From the IMG/VR virus record IMGVR_UViG_3300022305_000326, positions 1-64,000 of that record: a DNA stretch of 64,000 nt, one strand, 5' to 3'. The notes below the pieces were generated by a model. That model was not told the origin of the DNA, ran no database searches, and saw only the letters and a program-made list of their open reading frames with translations. How positions within the stretch are numbered: position 1 is the stretch's first letter; each line of letters opens with the position of its first letter. Below, piece after piece: positions 61,952-64,000 of the stretch. Source of the DNA: a virus. Its lineage: Duplodnaviria > Caudoviricetes. Made by a program: the position numbers and the translations under genes.

Positions 61952-64000
61952 TGTCAGGTGGAGTATATATTGCACCAAAGGTTGATATTGCAAATTCAAC
62001 TTTAATTACATACATTCAAGGTATTATGCAGGTTGGAGATATTGCAACCGTAGCCGATACCACAACAGGACTACTCTACTATATTCCAAAGAGTGGATCA
62101 CCATATCAGGCCGTTTCTGGTGTAACCAGTGTAGCAGGTCTAGGTGGTACAGTAAGCGCAGCTTCTCTTGCCGCTGCTCTCGATACTTACTTTCTTACAC
62201 CAGCAGAAGGTAATGCTGCTTATGATGCAATAGGTGCTGCAAGCACTGTTCAAAGCAACCTTACTTCGCACATAAATAATGCATCAGGTGCACATGCTGC
62301 TTCTGCTATTTCAAACGTAGCGGCGGGTGGTATTTCAGCAACTAACGTACAAGCTGCGCTTAATGAATTAGATTCTGAAAAAGCCAACTTAGCATCTCCT
62401 GCATTTACAGGTAACCCAACAGCACCTACACCTTCTCTCGGTGACAATGACACTAGTATAGCAACAACTGCTTTCGTAAATGCAGAGATTGCAAATGATG
62501 CTCCTAATGTTACATTAGCAAACGTAGGATCAGCACCAAATGCTCAAGGTGCTTCACTTTCATCTCAACAACTAACTCTTCAACCAGCATCGGGTTCATT
62601 TCCCGGTTTATTGTCTTCTGCTAACTTTAATAACTTAGCTAGGTTTTTTGGTACTGCTCTATTTAACGTAAAGGACTTTGGTGCAGTAGCGGATGACGTT
62701 CTTGGTGCTGGTGGTACTGATAATAGTACAGCAATTCAGAATGCTATTAATGCTGCTCAGTCTGCTGGTGGTGGTATTGTATTCTTTCCACCCGGACTAT
62801 ACAGTATTCAGACTGGTCTTACCGTAACTGGAAATTCAGTTCATCTAATGGGCTGTGGTTCTTCATATACAGCAGATGTTGGTGACTATAGAGCAACAGG
62901 TGGTTCATGGCTTTCATGGCGCGGTCCAGCTAGTACAATAATGCTTACTGTTGCACCAAATGCAGGTGCTTCTCAGAATCCTATTTTTGGATTTAGAATT
63001 ACAGGTTTGAACTTCGATGGTCGTGACCTTCAAGTAGGTTCTACTGATACTGGTGCAACTCCGCCTGCAATCGGTATTTTAATGCAGGCAGTTGCTGGTG
63101 CGCATTTGCAGGACTTCTTCATGAATGGTCCGTTTACAACTGCTGCCATTAGTCTAGGTGCTTTGACTGCGGGCACAATTGGTGGTGTAGATACTCACGG
63201 TGTCGTAAGATCAATTTTTGAAAGATTCTGCATCAGACAGTTAGATGGTGCTGCTCCCGGTATTGGTATTCAGTTTTCTGGTACAGCAACAGCAAACGTA
63301 AATTTCTGTAAGTTCGATACTTTCCAGATCATGTATCTTGGTTCATCGAGCAGAAAACCTGCGATTCAACTTGGTAACTCAGATTCTAATACTTTCGTCA
63401 TGGGTGCTTGTAACCGAGCAGGTTCGGGTACTACGAATTGGGGTATTGAAATTCTAGGCAGTAATACAAGCGCATCAGAAGTTTCTCGTGCTAATTTTTT
63501 CATGCACTGCTCAGCAGGAGCCAACGGTGTCTTCCTTGCAGGTACAGCAAGTGGTCGTGATCCAGCGGGTACATCAATTGCTGCATTGAACTTTACCAAC
63601 CCTTCCACGGATAACCAATTAAGACCTTATTCTACTGAAAACGGAGAGCCTGTTCCTGTTTTTGGTACGGGCTCTACTGGTGGTTATGGTATTACAGGTG
63701 GTTCAACCGGACCTAGATTTTATTCGGAAGGTGCAAGTTTAGCATCTAGATCAGCACAGTTGGTAATCAATACAACTGCTTTGACTAGTATTGTTTCATT
63801 CGTTGCTCCACCTAACTTCATGAAAGCAGGAACAGTAATTGAACTGAGATGCATGGGTTATGTTTCAAACGCAGCGGTAGCATCTACGCACAACGCTCAG
63901 GTTAGATTCAATGCAGCAAACCCTATTGGTACTCTTGTGGCATTGGGTGCAACGGCAAGAACTACACAACCTGCGTCTATTACATGTAGATTTGTTCATA
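61951..64000 (+). CDS. Tailspike / polysaccharide depolymerase (pectate-lyase-like beta-helix); runs off the right edge, absent from ORF track
   Basis: Manual translation from ATG 61951 (TAATG overlap): MSGGVYIAPK...ATNVQAALNEL...ASPAFTGNPTAPTP...IATTAFV...FNVKDFGAVADD...TDNSTAIQNAINAA...GGGIVFFPPGLY; no stop seen. Confidence 0.85.
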   Translation, partial: MSGGVYIAPKVDIANSTLITYIQGIMQVGDIATVADTTTGLLYYIPKSGSPYQAVSGVTSVAGLGGTVSAASLAAALDTYFLTPAEGNAAYDAIGAASTVQSNLTSHINNASGAHAASAISNVAAGGISATNVQAALNELDSEKANLASPAFTGNPTAPTPSLGDNDTSIATTAFVNAEIANDAPNVTLANVGSAPNAQGASLSSQQLTLQPASGSFPGLLSSANFNNLARFFGTALFNVKDFGAVADDVLGAGGTDNSTAIQNAINAAQSAGGGIVFFPPGLYSIQTGLTVTGNSVHLMGCGSSYTADVGDYRATGGSWLSWRGPASTIMLTVAPNAGASQNPIFGFRITGLNFDGRDLQVGSTDTGATPPAIGILMQAVAGAHLQDFFMNGPFTTAAISLGALTAGTIGGVDTHGVVRSIFERFCIRQLDGAAPGIGIQFSGTATANVNFCKFDTFQIMYLGSSSRKPAIQLGNSDSNTFVMGACNRAGSGTTNWGIEILGSNTSASEVSRANFFMHCSAGANGVFLAGTASGRDPAGTSIAALNFTNPSTDNQLRPYSTENGEPVPVFGTGSTGGYGITGGSTGPRFYSEGASLASRSAQLVINTTALTSIVSFVAPPNFMKAGTVIELRCMGYVSNAAVASTHNAQVRFNAANPIGTLVALGATARTTQPASITCRFVH

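Noticed and set aside
6766-63608. Many 60-200 aa antisense or alternate-frame ORFs in the track (e.g. 10585-11118, 12351-12824, 17047-17649, 35214-35669, 58354-58917)
   Set aside because: All lie fully within well-supported genes, lack SD sites or motifs, and are the expected shadows of codon bias
1-64000. Alternative genetic code (stop-codon reassignment)
   Set aside because: Core genes are intact in the standard code, and TAA, TGA and TAG all occur as genuine stops (e.g. TAG at 52818 and 54730)
1-64000. tRNA or rRNA genes
   Set aside because: Intergenic gaps are short and none shows a cloverleaf or T-loop signature

Overview
This 64 kb window is part of a large, AT-rich T4-like myovirus genome. 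The host is probably Gram-negative (two-component spanin), and I saw no cyanophage-type photosynthesis genes. Left to right it holds: (1) baseplate/tail genes gp26, gp54, gp2, gp4 | gp48, gp53, gp27-like and gp5; (2) an ~11 kb accessory fibre/lectin island; (3) gp25, gp6, an enlarged gp7 and gp8; (4) neck and terminase genes gp13-gp17, with a lysozyme and a fibre inserted; (5) a replication/transcription block (gp55, 47, 46, 45, 44, 62, regA, 43, uvsX, 41) lying between gp17 and gp18; (6) a late-promoter cluster with a His-rich ADP-ribosyltransferase; (7) spanins, primase, nrdB/nrdA, HAD, SLOG, phoH and a RuvC-like nuclease; (8) gp18, gp19, gp20, then a chain of fibre-like genes ending in a tailspike/depolymerase that runs off the right edge. 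Two real genes are missing from the ORF track because they are truncated at the window edges (gp26 at 1-562 and the tailspike at 61951-64000). The best candidate for a new system is a modular, possibly branched 'plug-and-socket' receptor-binding apparatus: six tandem HNL-type beta-sandwich repeats on gp7, the same domain at the C-termini of two post-portal proteins, and three repeated three-gene fibre cassettes. Other notable signals are apparent complete CCWGG avoidance, a perfect sigma70 promoter firing antisense into the terminase, His-heptad small proteins, and a lysozyme-less gp5 with a P2-type HxH tip. All family assignments come from recognising motifs by eye; no searches were run.
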